From Deltaproteobacteria bacterium (GTDB taxonomy: Bacteria; Myxococcota_A; UBA9160; SZUA-336): a stretch of DNA of 64,000 nucleotides. Each line of letters begins with the position of its first letter. Position 1 is the first letter of the stretch. The position numbers and the translations under genes are program-made. The stretch is from assembly GCA_019311115.1 (NCBI GenBank), contig JAFDDB010000001.1, positions 30,674-94,673 on the forward strand, in the 5' to 3' direction. Of this stretch, positions 48,601 through 58,262 are shown in pieces. The notes under the pieces were generated by a model. That model was not told the DNA's origin and ran no database searches. It saw only the letters and a list, made by a program, of their open reading frames with translations.

Positions 48601-50228
48601 CAGGCCTGCCCGCCCGGGGGTTGCGGGCGTCCGGGCTCGAACTGCTCGGCGATCTGCTTGCGGAGCGGCGCCTCGACGCGCTCTTCGAGCGAGTCGAGCC
48701 AGCGCTCGGCCTCTTCGGGCGAGAGCTCGGCCTGCTGGGAGCCGTCGCGCGGCGAGGGCACGGCCTCGCTCATCACGGTCTCGCCCTCGCCGTCGCCCTC
48801 GCCGGACCTGGTGTCGGGGGCGTCCTGCGGGGGCATCGGCAGGTCGGGCGGGAGGTCTTCGGGCCCGGCGCGCTCCGCCGCCCACTCGTAGTTGAACTTG
48901 GCCTCGACACTGTCGGGACGATCGAGGATGGCGGTCCAGAAGGCGTCGCGCGCCTCGGCCCAACGCTCCTCGCCCAGCAGGGCGTCGCCCAGGTTGAAGT
49001 TCGCGGCGAAGCGCTGGTCCCGCTCCTCCAGGGGCAGCGCGCGTAGCGCGTCCAGGTACGCCGCCGCGGCCCGCCCGCGCTCGTCCAGGCGGTAGAGCGC
49101 GTTGCCGATGCGCAGGCGGCTCTCGGGCACGGCTCCGTAGTTCCGCTCGGTACGGCGGTACAGCGACAGGGCGCCGCGTGCGTCTCCCCTTGCGAGCGTG
49201 CGGTCTCCCTGGCTGAGCCAGCCCGCCCCCTGTACACCGAGAAGCGTCAGTGCGACGAGGGCGACCGCCGGGGCCGGCCGCAGTCCCAGCCGCGCGCGGG
49301 ATCCTCGTGCCGCGGGACGCAACGAAGCCGCGAGCTCCAGGGCCAGCAGGATCCCCGCGCCCAGCATGAGCGCGCGCAGCGGGCCGGTGGAGCGCGGCTC
49401 GTGATGCTGCTCGGCCGCGCTCGGTGGCGGCAGCAGGGCGGCCGTCGGTGGGCGGTCGCGGTGCTCGACGAAGAACGGCCCGCCGGTCGTGGCCGCGAGT
49501 AGCTCGAAGCTGGCGTCGCTGCGGCGCGAGTAGGCCTCGTCTCCGCGCTCGTCCTGGAGTGGGCGGCCTCCGGGGCCGGGAACCGGCGCGCCGTGTTCCT
49601 CGCCGAACCCGATCGAGGTCACGCGCACGCCGTTCGCGCCCAGGCTGGCCGCGGCTTCCTCCAGCGACCCGCCCGCGTGCTCGCCGTCGGAGAGCAGGAC
49701 GATCCGCCGGGGCCGGTCCGAGCGCGGGTCGAAGACCTGGAGCGCCACGCGTAGCGCGCGCGCCAGGTCGGAGCCGCGCTGCGAGATCATCTCGGTGTCG
49801 AGCGCGCGCAGGTAGGTCAGCACGGCGTCGCGATCCTGCGTCAGCGGCAGCGCGGCGAAGGCGTCGCCCGCGAAGAGTACGAGCCCGAGTCGCACGCTCG
49901 TCGCCTCGAGCGCCAGCCTCTCCGCCGATCGCACCGCCCGGCGAAGCCGCGAGGGCGCCACGTCGGCCGCGCCCATGCTGCGCGAGACGTCGAGCACGAT
50001 CACCACGTCGATTCCCGCGCCTCCGAGCCGCGGGGGCTCGTGGGCCGCGCGCAGGAACGCGGTGATCAGCAGGGCCGACGCGCAGCCGAGTGCGAGCGCG
50101 CGCAGCGCCCGGCGCCGTCCGAAGCGGTCACGCCCGAGCCAGTGCCGCAGCTCGAGGTGACTGCGCCACGCCCCGCGCAGCATCACCAGCGCGACTGCGA
50201 GTCCCGCCGCGACGACGCTCTCGGTCAC
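48597..50228 (-). CDS. vWA domain plus TPR protein (BatB/BatC-like fusion)
   Basis: GTG at 50228 overlaps the batA stop (GTGA). vWA MIDAS VLDVSRSM and LLSDGEH. After a TM segment comes a TPR-like region (GDARGALSLYRRTERNYG...RIGNALYRLDERGRAAAAYLDAL) and an acidic tail. Confidence 0.75.
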   Translation of the reverse strand: MTESVVAAGLAVALVMLRGAWRSHLELRHWLGRDRFGRRRALRALALGCASALLITAFLRAAHEPPRLGGAGIDVVIVLDVSRSMGAADVAPSRLRRAVRSAERLALEATSVRLGLVLFAGDAFAALPLTQDRDAVLTYLRALDTEMISQRGSDLARALRVALQVFDPRSDRPRRIVLLSDGEHAGGSLEEAAASLGANGVRVTSIGFGEEHGAPVPGPGGRPLQDERGDEAYSRRSDASFELLAATTGGPFFVEHRDRPPTAALLPPPSAAEQHHEPRSTGPLRALMLGAGILLALELAASLRPAARGSRARLGLRPAPAVALVALTLLGVQGAGWLSQGDRTLARGDARGALSLYRRTERNYGAVPESRLRIGNALYRLDERGRAAAAYLDALRALPLEERDQRFAANFNLGDALLGEERWAEARDAFWTAILDRPDSVEAKFNYEWAAERAGPEDLPPDLPMPPQDAPDTRSGEGDGEGETVMSEAVPSPRDGSQQAELSPEEAERWLDSLEERVEAPLRKQIAEQFEPGRPQPPGGQAW

Positions 50229-51289
50229 GGCAGCCTCCGCAGCAGTCCCCAGGCGCACAGCACCTCGACCGCCAGCAGCAGAAGCGCCACGCCGAGCACC
50301 CACGGCGTGAGCGACGCGCGCTGCAGCTGCGGCTCCTCCAGGCGGGGACGCGCCTCGAGCCGGTCGATGGCCTGTGCGACCTGGGCCAGGTCGCGCGGCT
50401 TGCGGGCGTGGAAGAACCGGCCGCCCGTGCGCGACGCGACCGTCTGCAGCGTGTCGCGGTCCAGGTCCACGCTCTCGAAGCGCAGCGGCTCACCCGGCGT
50501 ACGGCGTGCGAAGGGAACGACGCCGGTGCCACCGATGCCGACCGCGTGAATCCGCACCCCGTGCATGGCGGCGACCTGGGCTGCGGTGTCGGGGCCCAGC
50601 TGTCCGGAGTTGTGACGACCATCGGTGAGCAGCAGCAGCACGCGCTCGCCCGGGGGCGCGTCACCGGCCGGCGCGTCGCGGGCGCCGAAGCGGCGCGTGG
50701 CCAGGCCGATGGCCTCGCCGATCGCCGTGGCGTCGCCCGCGATTCCCACGTCGATCCTTCGGAGCGACGAGAGCACCAGCCGATGGTCGACCGTGAGCGG
50801 GCACTGGGTGAAGGCTCGCTGCCCGAACACCACGAGTCCGATGCGGTCGCCGTCGCGGTCGCGGATGAAGTCGGCGATCACGCGCTTCGCCAGATCGAGT
50901 CGCGTGACGCGTCGGCCGTCGATCAGTCCGTCGAGCGCGTTCATGCTGCCCGACGCGTCGAGCGCGATGACCAGGTCGATGCCGCTGCCGCCAGCAGGGT
51001 TCTGCGGGATCAGGGCGACGGGACCCGCCAGCGCGAGCGCCACGCCCGCGAGGGCCAGGGCGCGCAGTGCCGCCGAGAACCACCAGGATGCGTCGGCCGG
51101 GAGCGCGACGCGGCGATGCGCCGTCGCGGCGACGCGCACGCGCGCTGGTCCTCGCCAGAGCGCCGCTGCGAGCAGCGCGCACGCCAGCAGCAGTCCGGCG
51201 GCGAGCGCCAGCGGGTAGTCGATTCCGACCGCTCCCGAGAGCAGCGCCTCGAGCTCGGCCGATCCGCCGAGCTCAGTCGCCCACGGCAT
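50225..51289 (-). CDS. batA: vWA domain membrane protein (BatA-like)
   Basis: Internal ATG at 51289. Two N-terminal TM segments, MIDAS ALDASGSM, LLLTDGRHN and a C-terminal TM. Confidence 0.8.
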   Translation of the reverse strand: MPWATELGGSAELEALLSGAVGIDYPLALAAGLLLACALLAAALWRGPARVRVAATAHRRVALPADASWWFSAALRALALAGVALALAGPVALIPQNPAGGSGIDLVIALDASGSMNALDGLIDGRRVTRLDLAKRVIADFIRDRDGDRIGLVVFGQRAFTQCPLTVDHRLVLSSLRRIDVGIAGDATAIGEAIGLATRRFGARDAPAGDAPPGERVLLLLTDGRHNSGQLGPDTAAQVAAMHGVRIHAVGIGGTGVVPFARRTPGEPLRFESVDLDRDTLQTVASRTGGRFFHARKPRDLAQVAQAIDRLEARPRLEEPQLQRASLTPWVLGVALLLLAVEVLCAWGLLRRLP

Positions 51290-52139
51290 CCTGCAACCAG
51301 GCGCGTGCTTCGGCGCCGCCGCGGTCGACCGGTTCGGCGCGCGCCTCGGCGGCGAACCGCTCGGCATCGAGTCCCCGGAGAACCTCGATCAGCGGTGGTG
51401 CCACCGGCTCGCCCAGCTCGGCGGGCGTCACTCCCTCGATCTCGAGTGACCAGCGCGCCCGCACGTAGTCGTGCAGCGCCTGCGCGAAGCCGTCTGCGCG
51501 AAGCCGCGGATCGGCGATCGCGCGCGCGTCGGCCATCGCTTCGAGCGCCGCGGTCGCCAGCAGACGCGGGTCGGCCGCTTCGCCGAGCACGCCGTGGTGG
51601 CGTCGCCACCAGACGGCCGCGACCAGGCTGGCGACGATGGCGGCGATCGCCCCGCCGGCGATCCAGGGTGCGCGCGGGCCGCGGACGGGCGGCGCCTCGC
51701 GCAGGTCGAAGAACACCTCCTGCTCCGGCAGTTCGGCGCGGACGCTCAGCACGCTGAACGGTACGCCCGCGACGGGCAGCGGCTCGATCCGGCCGTCGGG
51801 ATGGACGAGCGGCACGAACAGTGACGGCAGGCTCTGCTCGCCGACCTGCTTGGCCCGGAGCGTCCAGAGCACGCGGTGACGCAGGCCGCCGGCCAATTCG
51901 AGGCTCTCGCCCTGCTCGATGCTCTCGGTCAGGAAGACGTCGTGACCCGGCGGGTCGGGGCGCGCCACCGAGAAGCCGGCCGGCGTGTCGATCTCGACGG
52001 TCACGCCGATGCGGTCGCCGACGCGCGCCTGAGCCCGGTCGAGATGCAGGCGCACCTGCAGGCCGCGCACCGGCTCCGTCTCGGGCGCGCAGGCCGCGGC
52101 CAGCAGCAGCGTGCAGGCGAGCAGTGCGGTGCGTCTCAT
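51273..52139 (-). CDS. DUF4381-like lipoprotein/membrane protein of the bat operon
   Basis: ATG at 52139 overlaps the DUF58 stop (ATGA). Lipobox-like LLAAAC and a mid-protein TM (WIAGGAIAAIVASLVAAVWW). The position is typical for DUF4381. Confidence 0.55.
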   Translation of the reverse strand: MRRTALLACTLLLAAACAPETEPVRGLQVRLHLDRAQARVGDRIGVTVEIDTPAGFSVARPDPPGHDVFLTESIEQGESLELAGGLRHRVLWTLRAKQVGEQSLPSLFVPLVHPDGRIEPLPVAGVPFSVLSVRAELPEQEVFFDLREAPPVRGPRAPWIAGGAIAAIVASLVAAVWWRRHHGVLGEAADPRLLATAALEAMADARAIADPRLRADGFAQALHDYVRARWSLEIEGVTPAELGEPVAPPLIEVLRGLDAERFAAEARAEPVDRGGAEARAWLQDAVGD

Positions 52140-53047
52140 TGGAAACGCCTGCCGCGGTGCTGCTCCAGGAAGCGGTGCAGGCTCGGGATCAGGTCGGGTC
52201 CGGTCTGCAGCACGCCGCAGCGGGCCCCTCGCTTGCGGAGCGGCCCCTCGGGCAGGGGCGCGAGTTGGCGGGAGCGCCTCCGGCGGGTGTTCCAGCGGGT
52301 GGCGCGGCCACGCCAGCGGGTCGGACGGCCACGCCAGAGGGTCGGGTGGCCCTCCTCTGCCGGGGCCACGCGCACGGGCGCCATGGCCATCCGGTCGGGG
52401 AGCGAGTCTGCCGGGTCGGATACGCGCAACACGGCCAGTTCGTGTTTGCGTGCGCAGTTCGCCAGTGCGACCGCCGGATCGGGGAAGAGCAGGTCGGACA
52501 GCAGGACGACCACCGAGTGACGCGGAAGAGTGTCGGCCGCCCAGGCCAGTGCCGGCGCGGCGTCCGTCGGTCCTGCGGGGGCGCGCTCGTACAGCGCCCG
52601 GAACAAGCGTTCGAGGTGCGCGGGACCGGTCCCCGGCCGCAGCGTGTGGACCAGTCCGGAACCGAAGGTCGCGAGGGCGACGCGGTCGCTGGCACGGACC
52701 GCCGCCACGGCGAGCGCGGCGGCCGCGCGCCGGACGGCATCCAGCTTGGTCGCGTTGCCGAAGCCGACCCCGAGCGAGGGGGACACGTCCACGAGCAGGG
52801 CCAGCAGCAGGTCGCGCTCCTCGCGCATCTGTACGGCGACCGGGTAGCCGAGTCGCGCGGTGGCGTTCCACTCGATGTGTGCCGCGTCCTCGCCCGCCTC
52901 GTAGTCGCGAAGCTCCTCGAAGGTCAGGCCCTGTCCCCGATACGCGCTGCGGTATGCGCCGCTGAGCGCCGTGGACACGTCGCGCTGGGCGCGAACGCGC
53001 AGCCCGTTTGCGTCGCGTTCCGCCTGGGTGCGCAGCGCCGCGTTCAC
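52136..53047 (-). CDS. DUF58 domain protein
   Basis: GTG at 53047 overlaps the moxR stop (GTGA). Motifs YRGQGLTFEELRDYEAGEDAAHIEWNATAR and LLVDVSPS. Confidence 0.85.
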   Translation of the reverse strand: MNAALRTQAERDANGLRVRAQRDVSTALSGAYRSAYRGQGLTFEELRDYEAGEDAAHIEWNATARLGYPVAVQMREERDLLLALLVDVSPSLGVGFGNATKLDAVRRAAAALAVAAVRASDRVALATFGSGLVHTLRPGTGPAHLERLFRALYERAPAGPTDAAPALAWAADTLPRHSVVVLLSDLLFPDPAVALANCARKHELAVLRVSDPADSLPDRMAMAPVRVAPAEEGHPTLWRGRPTRWRGRATRWNTRRRRSRQLAPLPEGPLRKRGARCGVLQTGPDLIPSLHRFLEQHRGRRFQ

Positions 53048-53967
53048 GGGGTCGGAACCCGGTCGAGCAGCTCCTGTACCACGTCCTCTGCGGTGCGGCC
53101 GTCGGCCTCGGCTTCGTAGCTGAGCAGGACGCGGTGTCGCAGTACGTCGTGCGCCACGTGCTTCACGTCCTCGGGCAGGGCGTACTGGCGCTGGTCGAGG
53201 CAGGCATGCGCGCGCGCGGCCTCTACCAGGTAGATCGAAGCGCGAGGCGACGCGCCGAGTGACACCTCGTCGGGCCCGCGCGTGGCACGCACCAGCGACA
53301 CGGCATACGCAGCCACGCTGGGCTCGACGTGAACGCGCCGCGCGGCCGCGCGAAGAGACTGGACGCGCTCCGCGTCGAGCACGGCGGCCGGCGGACTCGC
53401 CTCTTCGGGACCGGTCTTGCGCGCGACGACTTCGAGCTCCTCGGCCTCGGTCGGGTAGTCGACGCGGAGCTTCAGCATGAACCGGTCGATCTGGGCCTCC
53501 GGAAGAGGGTAGACGCCCTCCTGCTCGATCGGGTTCTGGGTCGCCATGACCAGGAACGGCTCCGGGAGCGGCAGGGTCTCGCCGACCAGGGTGACCTGGC
53601 GCTCCTCCATGGCCTCGAGCAGCGCGCTCTGCACCTTGGCCGGCGCGCGGTTGATCTCGTCCGCCAGTATGACCTGGTGGAAGATGGGTCCCTGGTGCAC
53701 CCGGAACTCGCCGGTGGCGGGCTCGTACACCTGGCTACCGGTCACGTCCGCCGGCAACAGGTCGGGCGTGAACTGGATGCGCCGGAAGCCCAGCCCGAGT
53801 ACGTGCGCAAAGGTGCGAACCGCGGTCGTCTTGGCCAGGCCCGGCACGCCTTCGACCAGGACGTGGCCCTGGCAGAGCAGGGCGACCAGCAGGCCCTCGA
53901 CGAGTCCTTCCTGTCCGACCAGGACCCGCCCGATCTCTTTGCGCAGCCGTTCGATCGCGTCGTTCAC
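53044..53967 (-). CDS. moxR: MoxR-family AAA+ ATPase
   Basis: Motifs GVPGLAKT, ILADEINRAPAKVQSALLEAMEE, ATQNPIEQEG and FMLK. Start is GTG at 53967 (VNDAIERL), or the upstream start at 54021 given in the track. Confidence 0.9.
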   Translation of the reverse strand: MNDAIERLRKEIGRVLVGQEGLVEGLLVALLCQGHVLVEGVPGLAKTTAVRTFAHVLGLGFRRIQFTPDLLPADVTGSQVYEPATGEFRVHQGPIFHQVILADEINRAPAKVQSALLEAMEERQVTLVGETLPLPEPFLVMATQNPIEQEGVYPLPEAQIDRFMLKLRVDYPTEAEELEVVARKTGPEEASPPAAVLDAERVQSLRAAARRVHVEPSVAAYAVSLVRATRGPDEVSLGASPRASIYLVEAARAHACLDQRQYALPEDVKHVAHDVLRHRVLLSYEAEADGRTAEDVVQELLDRVPTP

Positions 53968-54053
53968 GTCCGCCCCTTGCCGCCGCAAGGCTAACCCAGA
54001 CCCGCCGCGCCATGGGCGCATGGGCGGGCCGACGGGGGAGGGGGGACGTGGCG

Positions 54054-54539
54054 TCAGCGGCGGCGCAGGCGGTCGAGCGTCGCCGTGGTCCGCACGCCGG
54101 GCGTCTGGCGCAGGGCCACGAAGGAGCCGCCCAGCTCTTCGATCGCGAGCGACTCCGGCGTGTCGAGGCCCCGGTACTCGCCGCCCTTGCAGACGACGTC
54201 GGGGCGCAGCGCGCGGATCAGCGGTGACGCGTCGGCCTCGGGAAACAGCACGACCCAGTCGACGACGGCGAGGCCGGCGACCATCTCGGCGCGCTGCCGT
54301 TCGGGCGTGACCGGCCGGCCCGCGCCCTTCAGTTTGCGCACGCGGCGGTCGCGGTTCACGCCCACGACCAGCACGTCGCCGAGCGCGGCGGCCTGCTCGA
54401 AGCTGCGCAGGTGGCCGACGTGCAGCAGGTCGTAGCAGCCGCTGGTGAAGACGATGCGCCGTCCCCGCCGCCGCTCGCGCGCCAGGCGAGCGGCCAGGGC
54501 GCGGCGCCCGATCACCCTATCCCGGGCGCGAGAGATCAC
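54054..54539 (-). CDS. D-glycero-beta-D-manno-heptose-1-phosphate adenylyltransferase-like cytidylyltransferase
   Basis: FTSGCYDLLHVGH (HxGH), VGVNRD and a RfaE domain II-like length. Confidence 0.8.
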   Translation of the reverse strand: MISRARDRVIGRRALAARLARERRRGRRIVFTSGCYDLLHVGHLRSFEQAAALGDVLVVGVNRDRRVRKLKGAGRPVTPERQRAEMVAGLAVVDWVVLFPEADASPLIRALRPDVVCKGGEYRGLDTPESLAIEELGGSFVALRQTPGVRTTATLDRLRRR

Positions 54540-57138
54540 TGGAGTCCTCCGGGGCCTCGGGGGCCGTGGGCGGGGCGCTGCCGGGCAGCCGCGGCAGCGA
54601 CAGCAGCTTCTTCAGCTGGTTCACCCCGGCTCCGATCATCCGTTCGGCCCAGCCCGCCGCGGTGCGCACCGAGTCCGGCGCCACCAGGCTAGCGCTGAGT
54701 TCGTCCTGGGGTCCCTGCACCCGCACGTACAAGGTGACCAGGTTGTCGTCCTCGCCGAGCACCCAGTCGCCGATCACCGGCAGCATGTCGATCACCCGGT
54801 CGACCGTCTGCAGGAACAGGAAGGCGAAGAGGATGTCTCGCGGGCGGCCCGGCTCGAGCAGGCGCAGGTCGCCGGCGGCCAGCAGGCGAAGCTCCGGCCC
54901 GGTGAGCGACAGGTTCTCGGTGCGGAGAACGCCCTCGCGCAGGGTGAACCGTCCGGTCAGCTCGTCGTAGGGAAGCGGGCGTCCGAAGAGCCCGCGGACG
55001 CCCTGCAGCGAGGGCAGGCGCGCGAGCGCGACCAGCACGGGCAGATGGCTCACGCTGCCGTCGGTGGCGCGCACGTCGATCTCGAAGTCCGCCTGCGACA
55101 GGAACGGGCGCCCCGGCTCGAGGACCCCGCGAAAGCGGCCGTCGACGTCGGCGCGTCCGGTGAGCGCGCCAGCGGGCAGCGTCAACGGGTCGTTGGCCGC
55201 GTCCATGTCGGCGCCGACCGTCCGCATGCTGATGTCGATGGGTGCGCGCCCCTCCGAAGCGAGCGACACGGTCCCGTGTAGCTGCGCGTCGCCGCCTCCG
55301 AGCAGCGCCCGCCCGCCGTCGAACGACACGGTGGCCCCCTGCGCCGCCACGTTGACCTTCGTGTCCTCGAGCCGCCAGCGGCCCACGCGCAGCAGGGGGA
55401 TCGTCGCCCGGCCGGACATCCATAGCTCGCCGCGGTCCGCCGGCGGCGGGGCCGCGCCGTCCAGGTAGCGCACGTCGAGCCGCACGCGCTCCGCCCGTGG
55501 ATCCCAGAGCAGTTCGAGTTCGGCCGGGGCGCCCCCGTACACGCCGCGCGCCCGTCCCATGCGGAGCTTCCCGTCGGGAAACGTCAGCTCCGCGGTCACG
55601 TCACGGAGCGGCATGATGAACGCGGGATGGGAGAGGGCGAACTCTCGCAGCTCGATGCGAACCGGCTCGCGGCCCGGCTCGGGCGGCGACCGCAGCGCGC
55701 GCGCGGCCGGTCCGAGTCCCGGAATCGGAACGCCGGGCCCCTTGGGCGTGCCGCGTTCGGCCTTGGGCAGGCGGACGAGGCGGTGCATGCCGTCGAGGTC
55801 GACGTCGATGGTGGGCAGCGGCTTGCCCGATCGGCTCATGCGCAGCTCGCGGATCACCAGACGGTTGCCGGCCACCTCCAGCTCGCCGTGGATGTCCTCG
55901 AGTGGATCCGACGACGGCGAGGTGCGGTACACGCCGCGGCTCACGCGAGCCGTCACGCGAAGCTGCTCGGGTCGCAGCTTGCTCTTGAACGCGAGCGAGT
56001 CCGCCAGGTCCTTGCGCGCCACGTCCAGGTGGATCTTCAGCCCCTCGATGCGTCCGCCCTCGATGCGCGCGTCGGCACGCGCCCAGGTCGAGAAGCGCAG
56101 GCCCATCAGCATGAGCGGGTGGACGCGCCCCTTCGCGGCGCGCCCCGGCGCGAAGTCGGCGAACTCCAGGTCCGCGCGGACGCGGTCCCTTGGCCCCGAG
56201 CCGACCCACAGACTCCCCGACAGCACCAGGTCGTCGAGCGCGATGCGCCGCGCCTCGACGGAGACGCGCTCGGGTCCCCACTTGATGCGGGCCTGCACGC
56301 GCGTGTTCGCCGGAGCGATGCGCTCGGGCAGGCCGGGCAGTCGAAGCCTGAACCGGGACACGCGCATGTCCACCTCGGCCGCGATCCGGCCGCGCGCGTA
56401 GTGCAGCCGCAGCTGACCGCGCGCGGTGCCGCTCGGCTTCGCGCCGAGGTCGAAGGGAAGGGAGTCGAGCTGTACGCCGTCGAGTTGGAGCGTCGCGGTC
56501 GCGTCGTCGAGCCAGCCGTCGACCTCCGCCTCGGCCCGCCCGAGCAGCTGGTCTCCCCGCCAGAGCTCACCGACCGCGGTGCCCTTTGCGTTCGGGCGCA
56601 GCCGCGACCGCTTCAGGTCGAGCGCCAGGTCGACCACGCGGTAGCGCTCGCCGCCCGGCGTGACGATCTCGATCGTGCCGTCGCGCAGCGACAGGTCCAG
56701 CGGCGGCAGGTCGAGTGGACGGGTCGTTCCGGCCTCGCCCAGACGCAGCCGGACGACCGGCGCGTCGAGCTCCCACCGGCGTGGCAGCAGCTGTCCCGCC
56801 AGCAGCCACGGCCAGCTCTGGCTGGCGCGCGCGTGCTGAACCTCGAGCACCGGCTCGTCGGCTCCCGGGTCGAAGACGCGGAGTCCGGTCAGCTCGAGCT
56901 GCAGCGATCGGCCGGGCAGGACGGAGATGGTCGAGATCTCGACCCTGCGCCCGAGCAGGCGGCTCGCCACGGCGCTGACCAGCGGCCCGCGAGTGGCGGC
57001 CCAGAACAGGCCCGCTGTCGCCAGCCCGATGGTGGCCAGGACCAGGACTGCGAGGGCCAGCCGCCGCCAGTTGCGTCTCACTGCGTCGTCTCTGCCTCTC
57101 TGGTCGTTTCGCGAACCCTGGGGCGCGCGACACGCCAC
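54517..57138 (-). CDS. AsmA/YhdP-like large envelope protein
   Basis: 873 aa with a single N-terminal TM (LALAVLVLATIGLATAGLFW), a long beta-rich body, and a C-terminal region resembling AsmA_2. Start is GTG at 57138 or GTG at 57081. Confidence 0.6.
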   Translation of the reverse strand: MACRAPQGSRNDQRGRDDAVRRNWRRLALAVLVLATIGLATAGLFWAATRGPLVSAVASRLLGRRVEISTISVLPGRSLQLELTGLRVFDPGADEPVLEVQHARASQSWPWLLAGQLLPRRWELDAPVVRLRLGEAGTTRPLDLPPLDLSLRDGTIEIVTPGGERYRVVDLALDLKRSRLRPNAKGTAVGELWRGDQLLGRAEAEVDGWLDDATATLQLDGVQLDSLPFDLGAKPSGTARGQLRLHYARGRIAAEVDMRVSRFRLRLPGLPERIAPANTRVQARIKWGPERVSVEARRIALDDLVLSGSLWVGSGPRDRVRADLEFADFAPGRAAKGRVHPLMLMGLRFSTWARADARIEGGRIEGLKIHLDVARKDLADSLAFKSKLRPEQLRVTARVSRGVYRTSPSSDPLEDIHGELEVAGNRLVIRELRMSRSGKPLPTIDVDLDGMHRLVRLPKAERGTPKGPGVPIPGLGPAARALRSPPEPGREPVRIELREFALSHPAFIMPLRDVTAELTFPDGKLRMGRARGVYGGAPAELELLWDPRAERVRLDVRYLDGAAPPPADRGELWMSGRATIPLLRVGRWRLEDTKVNVAAQGATVSFDGGRALLGGGDAQLHGTVSLASEGRAPIDISMRTVGADMDAANDPLTLPAGALTGRADVDGRFRGVLEPGRPFLSQADFEIDVRATDGSVSHLPVLVALARLPSLQGVRGLFGRPLPYDELTGRFTLREGVLRTENLSLTGPELRLLAAGDLRLLEPGRPRDILFAFLFLQTVDRVIDMLPVIGDWVLGEDDNLVTLYVRVQGPQDELSASLVAPDSVRTAAGWAERMIGAGVNQLKKLLSLPRLPGSAPPTAPEAPEDSSDLSRPG

Positions 57139-57368
57139 CTAGGAGCAGGGACCCCGGGCATGGGGCGGCAACACGTTCGCAAATCGGGTGCTCATCCGCC
57201 GTGCCTGTGGTGCGTATCCAGCGCTGTTCGCCGGCTTCTCTGACGTGTCCGAAGCCCCTAAGCATCGGCCGGGTCTAAAGAATCGGCCGGAGGAGCCCGA
57301 TCGTTCCGGGTGACGCAATGGGAGTGCGCCTTGGGGGGGGCCTCCAGGACCAGAGAGGAGCTCCGCGA

Positions 57369-57611
57369 ATGGAGCATTCGAGCCAATACTACGGAGTGAC
57401 CGACCCGCACCAGCGCAAGCGCAACCGGGTTCGGGAGCTGCGAGAGAACAAGCTGATGACGCAGGCCCAGCTTGCGAAGAAGGCGAGGGTCGCCCTCCGG
57501 ACGATTCACTCGGTCGAGAAGGGCATGAACTGCCGCATGGACACCAAGCGCAAGATCCTCATGGCGCTCGGCATTCCTTTCGAGCAGAAGGGCCAGGTCT
57601 TCCTGGACTAG
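57369..57611 (+). CDS. XRE-family helix-turn-helix transcriptional regulator
   Basis: Internal ATG at 57369 after GAGGAG. HTH is LMTQAQLAKKARVALRTIHSVEKG. Confidence 0.75.
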   Translation: MEHSSQYYGVTDPHQRKRNRVRELRENKLMTQAQLAKKARVALRTIHSVEKGMNCRMDTKRKILMALGIPFEQKGQVFLD

Positions 57612-57709
57612 CCCGACCGGGAATTTGATCGGGGAGACATCCCCGCGAGGCGGCGCGCTCGGGTTCCGAGCCGCCGCCTCCGTCGTTCTGGGGCCGCGCG
57701 CCCGGCGCG

Positions 57710-58213
57710 TTGACACCCGGCCCGTGCCTGACTAGCGTGCGGCGAGTGGCCGCCCGAGACGATCGAAATCGCGAACGCGTGCGCACCGAGCTGAACGACC
57801 ACCTCGCGCGCCACGGGCTGAAGCACACGCGCCAGCGCGACATCATCCTCGACGCGTTCCTGGCCTCGACCGGACACATCACCAGCGAGCAGCTCTACGA
57901 GCAGGTTCGCGACAGGCACCCCGAGATCGGGGCGGCGACCGTGTACCGCACGCTCAAGCTGCTGGTCGAGGCGGGCATCGCCAGTTCGAGCACGTTCCAG
58001 GAGGGCGTGACGCTGTACGAGCATCAGCCCTGTCACCACGACCACCTGATCTGTCTGGGCTGCGGCGACATCGTCGAGTTCGAGTGCGAGGAGATCGAGC
58101 AGCGCCAGATAGAGATCGCCGAAGAGAACGGCTTCCGGCTGACGCGCCACCGCCTGCACCTGTTCGGGTACTGCGCGCGGTGTCAGAAGCAGGGACGCGA
58201 CGCCAGACCTTGA
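57710..58213 (+). CDS. fur: Fur-family transcriptional repressor
   Basis: Motifs HTRQRDIIL, ATVYRTLKLL, HHDHLICLGCG and CARC. The start is uncertain: the track uses TTG at 57710, and in-frame GTGs lie at 57737 and 57746. Confidence 0.85.
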   Translation: MTPGPCLTSVRRVAARDDRNRERVRTELNDHLARHGLKHTRQRDIILDAFLASTGHITSEQLYEQVRDRHPEIGAATVYRTLKLLVEAGIASSSTFQEGVTLYEHQPCHHDHLICLGCGDIVEFECEEIEQRQIEIAEENGFRLTRHRLHLFGYCARCQKQGRDARP

Positions 58214-58262
58214 CGGCAAGTGGCTGGGGCGCGGCCAGGCCCCACGGAGGACCTCACGTCCC

